This document shows, in pieces, positions 1 to 8,687 of a DNA stretch of 64,000 nt. This DNA is from Thermoanaerobaculia bacterium. GTDB lineage: Bacteria; Acidobacteriota; Thermoanaerobaculia; Gp7-AA8. The stretch is from positions 8,159 to 72,158 of the forward strand of contig DATLEY010000088.1 of NCBI GenBank assembly GCA_035525215.1. The letters run 5' to 3'. The stretch's first letter is position 1. Each line of letters begins with the position of its first letter. A program made the translations under genes and the position numbers. The notes under the pieces are model-generated. The model saw only the letters and a list, made by a program, of their open reading frames with translations. It did not search any database and was not told the origin of the DNA.

Positions 1-226
1 TCTGATCCTGACCGACATCAACATGCCGGTCATGGACGGTCTCAAGCTGGTGAGCCTGGTGCGTCAGAACGCCCAGACCCGGGCGATTCCGATCATCATC
101 ATCACGACCGAGGGAGCCGAGGAAGACCGCGAGCGCGGTCTGGCCCTCGGAGCCAACGCGTACATCTCGAAGCCGATTCAGTCGTCCCACCTGATCAAGA
201 CGATCTCGGACCTGCTCCCCGCGTGA
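1..226 (+). CDS. response regulator receiver (CheY-like) domain, C-terminal fragment; 5' end lies outside the window
   Basis: The ORF runs off the window start. The translation MPVMDGLKLVSLVRQ...IIIITTEGAEEDRERGLALGANAYISKP is a typical receiver-domain C-terminal half (conserved K in the YISKP motif). Confidence 0.6.
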   Translation, partial: LILTDINMPVMDGLKLVSLVRQNAQTRAIPIIIITTEGAEEDRERGLALGANAYISKPIQSSHLIKTISDLLPA

Positions 227-230
227 GGTT

Positions 231-968
231 CTAGAACACCGGGTGGAGCAGCTTGAGCACGAACATCGCGGCGATTCCTCCGAGGAAAAAGACCCCGATC
301 CGGGAGCCCTTTTCGAGGTTGCGATTCATCTCCGGCAGCAGCTCATAGGCTCCGATGTAGATGAAGGTTCCCGCCGAGAAGTAGATCAGCCAGCCGACGA
401 CCCATTCCACTCCCTCTCCCGCGCGTTGAATCGTCAATTCCGCGATGAGGACGCCGGCGGGGATCGCCAGGAGAAGCACGGCGAGCAGGGCGATGATCCG
501 CCTCTTCGAATAGCCGCCGTGGTAGAGCAGGATGCTGACGGCAAAGGTCGTCGGCATCTTGTGGAGAGCCAGCGCGATGAAGATGGCAGGCCCGGCATCG
601 GGAATGTGATGGCCGGAGCCGAGAGCGATGCCGTCGACCAGGTCATGGACCGTCATCCCGAGAAAGGCCAGAAGACCAATCTCGTGGAACCCGCCTTCTT
701 CTTCGGCATGGGGATGGCGCAGGGCGACCTGTTCCAGAATGTAGAGGGCAAGGAAGCCGACCACGACCATGCCGAAGCCCCGCCCGCCCGCGAGCTCGTA
801 TCCCTCGGGAATCATGTGCAGGAAGGCCGCTCCGAGGATCGCTCCCGCGCTGAATGCGATCCAGCGGTGAGCCGTGCGGTGATCCCAGTCGAAGAAAAGG
901 GGAGCGAGCCCCGCGATGAACCCGGCGGCCACGATGATCAGACTGAGCAGGTAGGGCGAGGCGTCCAT
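231..968 (-). CDS. ZIP family divalent metal (zinc) transporter
   Basis: 245 aa polytopic membrane protein with the ZIP signature HDLVDGIALG and His-rich loops (HPHAEEEGGFHE). Confidence 0.8.
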   Translation of the reverse strand: MDASPYLLSLIIVAAGFIAGLAPLFFDWDHRTAHRWIAFSAGAILGAAFLHMIPEGYELAGGRGFGMVVVGFLALYILEQVALRHPHAEEEGGFHEIGLLAFLGMTVHDLVDGIALGSGHHIPDAGPAIFIALALHKMPTTFAVSILLYHGGYSKRRIIALLAVLLLAIPAGVLIAELTIQRAGEGVEWVVGWLIYFSAGTFIYIGAYELLPEMNRNLEKGSRIGVFFLGGIAAMFVLKLLHPVF

Positions 969-980
969 CGGTCAGAGTCT

Positions 981-1012
981 GAACGCAGAACGCAGAACGC
1001 AGAACGCAGAAC
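981..1012. repeat. tandem heptamer GAACGCA x4.5 in the 5' leader of the ZIP transporter gene
   Basis: The direct sequence gaacgca gaacgca gaacgca gaacgca gaac lies between the ferredoxin stop (1037) and the ZIP start (968). Confidence 0.8.
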
Positions 1013-1036
1013 TTAGAAGCGTTCGGATTCTCGATC

Positions 1037-1510
1037 TCACCGGCCGGTATTCGAAAAGAGAAAGTCCGGCATGTACGCCTTCAACTGCGTGGGAGCGTCG
1101 GGAACGACGATGGCGTCCTTGTCGCAGACCGATTCGCAAAGGCGGCAGGCGACGCATTTCTTTTCGTCCACAGCAGCGATCTTGTAATGATTGGCGACCG
1201 TCTCATCGTCGGCGTCGACCATCTCGATGCAGAGGAACGGGCAGATGTCGACGCAGAACTCGCACCCGGTGCAGAGCTCCTTGATGACCTGGGCTTTCGG
1301 GATGTCCTTCGGCTTGATGCGGGGGATGAGGTCACCATGCTGATTCTGGATGGCGTCGACGGGGCAGTAGATCCCGCAGACCGAACAGTCGATACAGCGG
1401 TCGGGGTGGATGTAGTACATCCCCTTGGACTGTCCCCAGATCGTGTTCGTCGGGCATTTGATCTCGCAAACGCCGCAGCCGATGCACGTCTCGGTGATGT
1501 AATGAGGCAT
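1037..1510 (-). CDS. ferredoxin with four [4Fe-4S]-binding CxxCxxCxxxCP/D motifs
   Basis: 157 aa. The motifs are CIGCGVCEIKCP, CIDCSVCGIYCP, CTGCEFCVDICP and CVACRLCESVCD. Confidence 0.85.
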   Translation of the reverse strand: MPHYITETCIGCGVCEIKCPTNTIWGQSKGMYYIHPDRCIDCSVCGIYCPVDAIQNQHGDLIPRIKPKDIPKAQVIKELCTGCEFCVDICPFLCIEMVDADDETVANHYKIAAVDEKKCVACRLCESVCDKDAIVVPDAPTQLKAYMPDFLFSNTGR

Positions 1511-1598
1511 TCCCCCGCCTTTCGCGGATCAAATTAGCATTCGCCCGCCCGCACCGGCAAGAACCGGAACAGCGGCCGCGGTATTCGATCGGCCCGGA

Positions 1599-2468
1599 TC
1601 AGGGGGCGGGAGCCGCGAGAGCCGCTCGCGCGGCTGCTCGGACACGGAGACTCGGATCCGACCCGGCCAGGGCCGTGAGAGGAGGTCTCGCCTCCTCCGG
1701 AGCGAGAGCCCGGTAGGCGGGGATCGCCTGAATCATGATCTCCTCGATCTGATCCTCGCGGATCTCCGGGATGGCAGCGAGCTCGGAGCGGTCGACCATT
1801 CTGCGCAGCGTTCCGAGACCCGAGGGGTCCTCGAGAGAGGCGAGGGCGAGGGCCGCGTTGAAGCGGACATCGGCGACGGGGTCCTGGAGGGCGGAGCGAA
1901 GTGACGGGATCGCCTCGCGGGCTCCCAGGCGGCCGAGCGCATAAGCGGCCGATTTGCGAAGGGCCGCATCGTCCGAGCGCTGAAGAATGTCCTGAATCCG
2001 CGGCGCGGCGCGGGAGTCACCGATCTCGGCGAGCGCGAGAACCGCGTAGAGCCTCGTCTCCGGGTCCGGATCGTCGAGAGCTCGAGTGAGCACGGGGACG
2101 GCGCGCGGGTCGCCGAGCTTCCCGAGAACCATGGCCAGATACCGGCGCACGCGGGGATCGTCGGAGCCGGAATCCTGGTAGATCGAGATGACGTCCTGCG
2201 CGAGGTTGGGATGCGAAGAGGCTTCGCCGCGCTGGATGGCCATGGCCAGCTGATAGGCGGCTTGCCAGCGGCGGGTCGAGCTGCCCGATTGGATCGCGCC
2301 GAGATACGAAGGAATCTCCTCGCGCTCACTGGCGAGAGAGCCGAACAGCAGGAACACCCCGACGCCGATCGCGACGACGACGAGCGGGAAGACGACGAAC
2401 TGCAGAAGAATGGTACGGGCGGACTCGCGGGGAACGTCCGATGACTTCTCGCTCATGTGGTGCGGCAT
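1599..2468 (-). CDS. HEAT-repeat (PBS lyase-like) protein with N-terminal transmembrane anchor
   Basis: 289 aa. An N-terminal hydrophobic helix is followed by repeated A-rich ...ALG..GD..A...L...L.D HEAT-like units (e.g. VRRYLAMVLGKLGDPRAVPVL, ALRKSAAYALGRLGAREAIPSL). Confidence 0.6.
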   Translation of the reverse strand: MPHHMSEKSSDVPRESARTILLQFVVFPLVVVAIGVGVFLLFGSLASEREEIPSYLGAIQSGSSTRRWQAAYQLAMAIQRGEASSHPNLAQDVISIYQDSGSDDPRVRRYLAMVLGKLGDPRAVPVLTRALDDPDPETRLYAVLALAEIGDSRAAPRIQDILQRSDDAALRKSAAYALGRLGAREAIPSLRSALQDPVADVRFNAALALASLEDPSGLGTLRRMVDRSELAAIPEIREDQIEEIMIQAIPAYRALAPEEARPPLTALAGSDPSLRVRAAARAALAAPAP

Positions 2469-2557
2469 GTTGATCGGCGCGTGCGCGCGATGTCAAGAAC
2501 TAACCTCTCGTTCCGTCACACAATTACGCGCGCTCGTCTCTTGACACATCACCGTGC
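2469..2557. promoter_or_regulatory. divergent intergenic region between the HEAT-repeat gene (-) and the respiratory superoperon (+); -35-like TTGACA at 2542-2547
   Basis: 89 bp non-coding gap between divergent starts. It contains tcTTGACAcatcaccg. This is a candidate promoter only; no -10 element could be assigned confidently. Confidence 0.25.
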
Positions 2558-3178
2558 ATGACGGAGACTACGCGTCGAGTCAATCCCGCTCCAGAACGAT
2601 CGTTGATGGCGAACGAAACGACGCCTTATCGAATGCAGCCGAAGACACCGCTCGCAGGGAGCGCGGCTTCGGACATCCGCGAGCAGGGTGAGGTGACTCG
2701 CCGCGGATTCTTCGGGTGGGTGACCGTCGCCTGGGTGGCTCTGGCCGCCGCGCTCGGCGGGCTCGCCAGCATCACCGGCCGCTTCTTCTTTCCGAACGTC
2801 CTTTTCGAGCCGATCTCCAAGTTCAAGGCGGGATCCCCCGGGGAATACGCCTCGGGCGAAGTCGACGAGCGCTGGAAGGAAAAGTTCGGCGTCTGGGTGG
2901 TTCGAGACGACCGCTCCATCTACGCGCTGATCACGACCTGCACGCATCTGGGATGCACTCCGAACTGGCTGGCGTCCCAGAACAAATTCAAATGCCCCTG
3001 CCACGGCAGCGGCTTTTACCGGACCGGAATGAATTTCGAGGGCCCGGCTCCTCGTCCGCTCGAGCGGGCGCAGATCTACGTCGATCCCTCAGACGGTCAG
3101 ATCGTCATCGATAAATCGAGACAGTTCCTTCAGGAGCGGGGCGAGTGGTCCGATCCTGAGTCATTTCTGCTCGTGTAG
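2558..3178 (+). CDS. Rieske [2Fe-2S] subunit of a cytochrome bc-type complex, Tat-exported
   Basis: Twin-arginine motif TRRGFFGW followed by a TM helix. Rieske boxes CTHLGC and CPCHGSGF are present. An alternative ATG start exists at 2606. Confidence 0.9.
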   Translation: MTETTRRVNPAPERSLMANETTPYRMQPKTPLAGSAASDIREQGEVTRRGFFGWVTVAWVALAAALGGLASITGRFFFPNVLFEPISKFKAGSPGEYASGEVDERWKEKFGVWVVRDDRSIYALITTCTHLGCTPNWLASQNKFKCPCHGSGFYRTGMNFEGPAPRPLERAQIYVDPSDGQIVIDKSRQFLQERGEWSDPESFLLV

Positions 3179-3260
3179 TTGGGCGCTGCTTCGGGCGGCC
3201 GAGAGCACCGGTTGAGTCGAAGTCGGACTTCAGCCGGATTTCAGGGGGATATCGAGGTCG

Positions 3261-4046
3261 ATGGAGAGACTACGGGTCGTTCAGCAGGGGATCGTCAACT
3301 CGCAGATCTGGAAATCGATCTTCCGGGTCGGCATCCCGAACACCAACCGCAAGCGCGTCCTGGCGGTTCTCGGCTCGCTGTTCCTTCACCTTCATCCCGT
3401 CAAGGTCAGGCGCTCCGGGATCCGGATGAGCTACACCTGGTGCATGGGAGGGACTTCCTTCTTCCTCTTCCTGGTGGAGACGGTCACCGGCCTCCTGCTG
3501 ATGTTCTATTACCGTCCCACCATCGAGTACGCCTATACCGACATCATGGATCTGCGGGAGCAGGCTCCTTTCGGAATCATGCGCGAGATGCACCGCTGGG
3601 GCGCGCACGCCATGGTCATCGCGGTCTGGCTCCACATGTTCCGCGTCTTCATGACCGGCTCGTACAAGCCGCCCCGTGAGTTCAACTGGAACGTGGGCGT
3701 CATTCTCCTGGTGCTGACGCTCCTGCTCTCGTTCACCGGGTATCTGCTGCCGTGGGACCAGCTGGCGATCTGGGCCATCACGGTCGGCGCGAACATGGCG
3801 CGCGCCACGCCGGGCGTCGGAAACGAAGGTCCCCTGGCCGGCCTTCTGATGCTGGGGGACGTCCGGCTGGTCCACGCCGGAGACGACGCGCGATTCGCGC
3901 TGCTGGGAGGTCGCTTCGTCGGCGCCTCCACGCTTCTCCGTTTCTATGTTCTTCACTGCGTGGCGATTCCGATCGTCGCGGCATTCCTGATGGCGATTCA
4001 TTTCTGGCGCGTGCGGAAAGATGGAGGAATCTCGGGACCCCTCTGA
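3261..4046 (+). CDS. cytochrome b, N-terminal heme-binding half (cytochrome b6-like)
   Basis: Contains HRWGAHAM and WLHMFR, the pattern [13 protein letters not shown], and VLHCVAIP...MAIHFW. Four His ligands are spread over four helices as in cytochrome b6. Confidence 0.9.
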   Translation: MERLRVVQQGIVNSQIWKSIFRVGIPNTNRKRVLAVLGSLFLHLHPVKVRRSGIRMSYTWCMGGTSFFLFLVETVTGLLLMFYYRPTIEYAYTDIMDLREQAPFGIMREMHRWGAHAMVIAVWLHMFRVFMTGSYKPPREFNWNVGVILLVLTLLLSFTGYLLPWDQLAIWAITVGANMARATPGVGNEGPLAGLLMLGDVRLVHAGDDARFALLGGRFVGASTLLRFYVLHCVAIPIVAAFLMAIHFWRVRKDGGISGPL

Positions 4047-4100
4047 CCGGCGGGGGTTGCCCCCTCGGTCACCGGCGACACATAGCGGCTGGAACGAACG

Positions 4101-5324
4101 ATGGAAACGATCAAGAATCTGGTCAACCTGCTGTCGGGAGCGGCGATCTCGTTCCTGCTGCTTTCGTTCGTCTTCGGGTTCGTCGTCTATTTCAATCTGA
4201 TGGATGGGAACCTGCGGACGCGCGTAGGGAAGATTTTCCTGATCATCGGCGTCCTGACCACCCTTGCAGGGTTCATCTTCGCGCCCCTCTTTTTCCTTGG
4301 CCTCGCCTACCTCGCCTGCCTCTTCCTTCTCGCGCATCTCGGGCCAAAGCTCTGGGATCCGAAGGTCGGACTGATCATCCTCGTGACGTCTCTCGTCGGC
4401 TTCGCCCTGTCGATGTTCGATCGCGACTTCTTCCTGATCGCCGCCAAGCCGGACAACGTCCCGATCGCCGCGATGATCTTTCTTCTCGGGTTTTTCACAT
4501 GGGTCGCTCTCGGAAAGGCCTACAAGAACGACCAGCAGATCGCCTCGGGCGGCGTGCCGTGGGAGAAGACCGAGTCCGACGAAAAGCTGTTCACCTGGCC
4601 GGATCTCGTCTACACCGAGCTGCTCTGCATGATTCTCATCACGGTGCTGATGATCATCTGGTCGATGGCTCTTCCGGCGCCGCTCGAAGAACCCGCCAAC
4701 CCCACCACCTCCCCGAATCCAGCCAAGGCTCCCTGGTACTTCCTCGGCCTGCAGGAGATGCTGGTCTACTTCGATCCATGGCTGGCCGGCGTCTTCCTGC
4801 CGACCCTGATCGTGGTGGGGCTGATGGCGATTCCGTATATCGACACGAATCCGAAGGGGAACGGCTATTACTCCTTCCGCGAGAGAAAGTGGGAGATCGG
4901 AGTCTTCCTTTACGGATTCCTCGTTCTCTGGTCGTTCCTGATCATCACCGGAACGTTTCTCCGGGGGCCGAACTGGAACTTCTTCGGCCCCTTCGAATAC
5001 TGGGATCCGAACAAGCTCGTTCCCCTGGTGAACGTGAATCTCTCGGAGCTGATCTGGGTCAAGCTCTTCGGCGTGGCATTGCCGGAGTTCTGGCTGGTTC
5101 GTGAGATTTTCGGCATTGCGCTGGTGCTGGGGTATGTGGCACTGCCTCCGCTGATGGCGCGCACGGTGTTCAGGCGCTTCTATCTGAAGATGGGACCGCC
5201 GCGTTTCTACGTCGGCGCCATGCTCTTTCTGATGATGCTCTCGCTGCCGATCAAGATGGCTTTGCGGTGGCTGTTCAATCTGAAGTATCTGGTTGCAATT
5301 CAGGAGTATTTTTTCAATATCTAG
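4101..5324 (+). CDS. cytochrome b C-terminal half / subunit IV-like membrane subunit (extended, 407 aa)
   Basis: The motif PWYFLGLQEMLVYF corresponds to the PEWY-region of cytochrome b / subunit IV. There are many TM helices and no CxxCH. Confidence 0.8.
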   Translation: METIKNLVNLLSGAAISFLLLSFVFGFVVYFNLMDGNLRTRVGKIFLIIGVLTTLAGFIFAPLFFLGLAYLACLFLLAHLGPKLWDPKVGLIILVTSLVGFALSMFDRDFFLIAAKPDNVPIAAMIFLLGFFTWVALGKAYKNDQQIASGGVPWEKTESDEKLFTWPDLVYTELLCMILITVLMIIWSMALPAPLEEPANPTTSPNPAKAPWYFLGLQEMLVYFDPWLAGVFLPTLIVVGLMAIPYIDTNPKGNGYYSFRERKWEIGVFLYGFLVLWSFLIITGTFLRGPNWNFFGPFEYWDPNKLVPLVNVNLSELIWVKLFGVALPEFWLVREIFGIALVLGYVALPPLMARTVFRRFYLKMGPPRFYVGAMLFLMMLSLPIKMALRWLFNLKYLVAIQEYFFNI

Positions 5325-5365
5325 AGTGGCGTCTGAGACGCCACGACAGCGGCTGAGGAGCCGGC

Positions 5366-8300
5366 GTGAAACCCCAGGAACCGATCCCGCATAACTACAG
5401 AATGTCGACGCTGAACAAGGTTTTCGCCTTGTCCAGCCTCGCGCTGCTCGCACTGGTCGGGGCGATGGTCATGTACGACTATGCGAGGGGGTGGAAGAGG
5501 TTCCAGCTGGAGTTTCTGAGAGTCCAGCGTGACCGCATCACACAGCAGCTCGAAGTGGCGCGGCGGGCGACCGGCGAAGAACAGCTCCGCGCCCTCGACC
5601 AGCGGATGAGGGAAGGGGAGGCGGACATCGCGCGGAAGCGCGCCGAGCTCCGCGAGGCCGAGGATACGGTGCGGGAGTGGGAAGGACGGCATTACCGCGC
5701 CGACCAGGACTTCCGGTTCGCCAAGGCTGTTCTCGACTCGCTCCGTTACGAGGCGGAGGTTCTCGCCCTCCGGAAGGCCCGGGGATGGGAAGGGAAGCAG
5801 CAGGAGTTCCGCGAGCAGGAAACGCGGGTCGAGCGGCTGAAGCTGGTGCTCGAGGACGTCTCGGCCAGCCGGGACGCCGCCCTGGCCCGGCGAGACGGCA
5901 TTCTCTCGCGGATCGCCGAGATCGAACGGGAAAAGAAGGATCTGCTCGCCGACGTGGAACTGCTGGAGAAGCAGCTGGCCACCGTGGATTTCAAGCGTCC
6001 GGAGTTTCTGCTCCTGAACATGCCACTGCTGGACTTCGTCAGCCCCACGCTGAAAGTCGAGCAGGTCGTGCTCAACGACATGTTCGTGGACATGAACTAC
6101 ATGGTGGTTCCGCGGGTGGATCGCTGCATGACCTGCCACAAGGGGATCGATCGGCCCGGCTTCGAATCCCGAGAAGAGGCTCAGCGGCTCATCGCGGAGC
6201 TGGAAGGAAAGCTCGACGGCTTCCAGATCGCGCCGGATCGCATCGCGGACACCATGGCGCGAATCGAGCAGCTGAGGCCCATTGCGGAAGCGCGCAGGAA
6301 TCTGAGAAATCCGTATCGAACCCATCCTCGCCTCGACATGTTCGTCGGTTCGGCGTCTCCGCATCCTCTTCTCGAATACGGCTGCACCTCCTGCCACCGC
6401 GGCCTGGATCGCGCCACGGATTTCGCGCGAGCGGGGCACACGCCCTCCTCGGAAGAGCAGCAGAAGCGATGGGAAGAACATTACGGATGGAAGCGTCAGC
6501 CATTCCTCGAATCGCCGATGCATCCCCGGCAGTACTTCGAGGCGTCATGCATCAAGTGTCACAGCGGGGAGGTCCGCGTCGACGAGGCGGATCGGATCAG
6601 CGAAGGCACTCAGATGATCGAGCTGTACGGGTGCGCCGGCTGCCACAAGATCGACAACTGGCGCTTCCAGGATCTGCGCAAGCCGGGCCCCGATCTTCGG
6701 GGCATCGCCGAAAAGACTTCTCCGGAATGGACGGTGCGCTGGCTGACCAATCCCAAAGACTTCCGCGCAACGACGCGGATGCCGTCCTTTTTCTATCTGA
6801 GGAACATGGTCGGCCCCCATATCGGACCGGCAGAACGCGAATCGAACGAGAAAAAGCAGAACGCGGAGATTCAGGCCATCGTCGCCTATCTCTTCGCGAA
6901 CTCGACGCGCAGGGGATGGCCTGAGGGCCCTTCCGGCGATCCGGCGCGCGGCGCGGCTCTGGTGGACACGGTCGGATGCTATGGCTGCCACGTGGCCCAG
7001 GAGACGGTGACGGATTCGGCGGGCGCGGTGCGCACCGCGAACCGCGACGACTTCCCGCTGGAGCGGAACTACGGATTCAACCTGGTGGGCACCGGGACCA
7101 AAACGCGTTCCGACTGGCTCTTTCACTGGCTGAAAAATCCGCGGAATTACTACCAGCAGGCCCCGATGCCGGATTTGAGGCTGACCGATCAGGAAGCCGC
7201 CGACATCACTGCGTGGCTGATGTCGCTGCGGAAGCCTGACTTCATGAACATGCCCGTGGCGCCGGCCGATCGGGCCGCCCTCAGCGAGCTGTCGCGCTCC
7301 TACATGATCACGTCGATGACCGAGCGCGAGACCGACGCCCGCCTGGCATCGATGACCAGTCAGCAGCAGCTCGTGTTCCTCGGCCAGCGGACGATCGAGA
7401 AGTACGGCTGCTTCGGGTGTCACGACATCAAGGGATTCGAAGATGCCAAACCGATCGGCACCGAGCTGACCATCGAGGGATCGAAGAACATCCATCTCTT
7501 CGATTTCGGTTTCGTCCACGATTTCGAGACGGAGTCGGGCGAACACGAGCACGTGCTGCACACCGTCCCCTCCTGGATCTACGCCAAGGTGAGAAGCCCC
7601 CGCGTCTTTGACGATCAGCGGGAGAGGGGCTATCACGACAAGCTGAAGATGCCGAACTTCTTCTTCACCAGGAACGAAGCGGAGGCCGTGACCGGCGTGG
7701 TGCTCGGTCTGACCAAGGATCGCGTGGCCCCCGAGCGCATCGCCGCGAGAACCAGTGAAGCCCGCGTGGCGCAGGAAGGACGGAAGCTGGTCTCGCAGAA
7801 CAACTGCAGGGCCTGTCACGTCGTGGATGGTCACGGCGGCGCCATCGCTCAGACCGTCGAGGATCCGGGAATGCTTCCCCCTGATCTGGGTCCGGAAGGA
7901 TCCCGTGTCCAAAGCGACTGGCTCTTCGCCTTCCTCAAGGATCCGACCGTGATGGCGCTGCGTCCATGGCTCGGCGCCCGGATGCCGACCTTCCATTTCT
8001 CGGACGGAGAGGCGGACAAGATCACTCGCTACTTCGCCGCCGACGCCAACGTCCCCACGTTCGAGACCGACGATGGCATCTCTCCGCATCCCCAGAGCGC
8101 CGCGGTCGGGGGAATCGTGTTCGACATGCTCCGCTGCGCTCAGTGCCATCCAACTCAGGCCGTCGCGGCCACCGCGGAAGCGGATCTGGCCTCCCTCGCT
8201 CCGAACCTGCAGCTTTCCCGCGAGCGGCTCCGTCACGATTGGGTGCCCGACTGGATCCTGCGCCCCAATGAGATCGTCCCGGGCACCAGGATGCCGACGA

Positions 8301-8626
8301 ACTTTCCGCGGAACGCCGAGACAGGCGAGTACGAATCGCCTCTGACTCTGGCGATCGGCTCGCCCCAGTTCGCGTCGTACCGTCAGGCCCTTCTCCAGCA
8401 TTTCCGCAGCGAAGAGGAAATGCTGCAGGCGCTGGCCGACGCTCCCAGGATCAGCCATCATCTCCGGGACTACATCTGGACGATTGGAATTCGCTCGATG
8501 CCGCCGGCTCGAGATCCGGTCGAAGAACCGCCGCCATACACTCCGGAAACGCCTCCGCCGGCCCCAGCCCCGGGAGTTCAGAGCACCAGTCTCCGGGTCC
8601 CGGGCGGGGAAACGCCGGGAAGGTAA
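5366..8626 (+). CDS. membrane-anchored octaheme c-type cytochrome (coiled-coil N-terminus plus concatenated cytochrome c domains)
   Basis: 1086 aa. There is an N-terminal TM helix (LSSLALLALVGAMVMY) followed by about 200 aa of R/E-rich coiled coil. Eight CxxCH motifs are present (CMTCH, CTSCH, CIKCH, CAGCH, CYGCH, CFGCH, CRACH, CAQCH). Five downstream (R)MP(S/N/T)F Met-ligand-like loops suggest His/Met class I domains. A GGAGCC Shine-Dalgarno lies 8 nt before the GTG start. Confidence 0.85.
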   Translation: MKPQEPIPHNYRMSTLNKVFALSSLALLALVGAMVMYDYARGWKRFQLEFLRVQRDRITQQLEVARRATGEEQLRALDQRMREGEADIARKRAELREAEDTVREWEGRHYRADQDFRFAKAVLDSLRYEAEVLALRKARGWEGKQQEFREQETRVERLKLVLEDVSASRDAALARRDGILSRIAEIEREKKDLLADVELLEKQLATVDFKRPEFLLLNMPLLDFVSPTLKVEQVVLNDMFVDMNYMVVPRVDRCMTCHKGIDRPGFESREEAQRLIAELEGKLDGFQIAPDRIADTMARIEQLRPIAEARRNLRNPYRTHPRLDMFVGSASPHPLLEYGCTSCHRGLDRATDFARAGHTPSSEEQQKRWEEHYGWKRQPFLESPMHPRQYFEASCIKCHSGEVRVDEADRISEGTQMIELYGCAGCHKIDNWRFQDLRKPGPDLRGIAEKTSPEWTVRWLTNPKDFRATTRMPSFFYLRNMVGPHIGPAERESNEKKQNAEIQAIVAYLFANSTRRGWPEGPSGDPARGAALVDTVGCYGCHVAQETVTDSAGAVRTANRDDFPLERNYGFNLVGTGTKTRSDWLFHWLKNPRNYYQQAPMPDLRLTDQEAADITAWLMSLRKPDFMNMPVAPADRAALSELSRSYMITSMTERETDARLASMTSQQQLVFLGQRTIEKYGCFGCHDIKGFEDAKPIGTELTIEGSKNIHLFDFGFVHDFETESGEHEHVLHTVPSWIYAKVRSPRVFDDQRERGYHDKLKMPNFFFTRNEAEAVTGVVLGLTKDRVAPERIAARTSEARVAQEGRKLVSQNNCRACHVVDGHGGAIAQTVEDPGMLPPDLGPEGSRVQSDWLFAFLKDPTVMALRPWLGARMPTFHFSDGEADKITRYFAADANVPTFETDDGISPHPQSAAVGGIVFDMLRCAQCHPTQAVAATAEADLASLAPNLQLSRERLRHDWVPDWILRPNEIVPGTRMPTNFPRNAETGEYESPLTLAIGSPQFASYRQALLQHFRSEEEMLQALADAPRISHHLRDYIWTIGIRSMPPARDPVEEPPPYTPETPPPAPAPGVQSTSLRVPGGETPGR

Positions 8627-8687
8627 TGACATAATCGACGACGCCGGAGGAACGCTCTCCGGCACTTTCTCAAGGAGCCCTGAAGAC

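Noticed and set aside
2558-2605. Choice of Rieske start (2558 vs 2606).
   Set aside because: This is not resolved. 2558 is kept because the candidate -35 at 2542 would otherwise leave a 60-nt leader with no better Shine-Dalgarno, but 2606 remains plausible.
3270-5453. 727-aa minus-strand ORF antisense to the cytochrome b genes. The same applies to long antisense ORFs 6545..8905(-), 14878..16098(-), 34715..36421(-), 45331..47073(-), 50631..52283(-), 12949..15603(+) upstream of ctaB, and 3752..5104(+).
   Set aside because: These are typical high-GC open frames with Arg/Pro/Gly-rich, low-complexity translations. They overlap strongly supported genes on the other strand or frame.
8484-8687. N-terminal extension of the lipoprotein ORF (start at 8484).
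   Set aside because: The extension overlaps the end of the cytochrome gene and is Arg-rich. The ATG at 8688 has an AAGGAG Shine-Dalgarno and gives a proper lipoprotein signal peptide.
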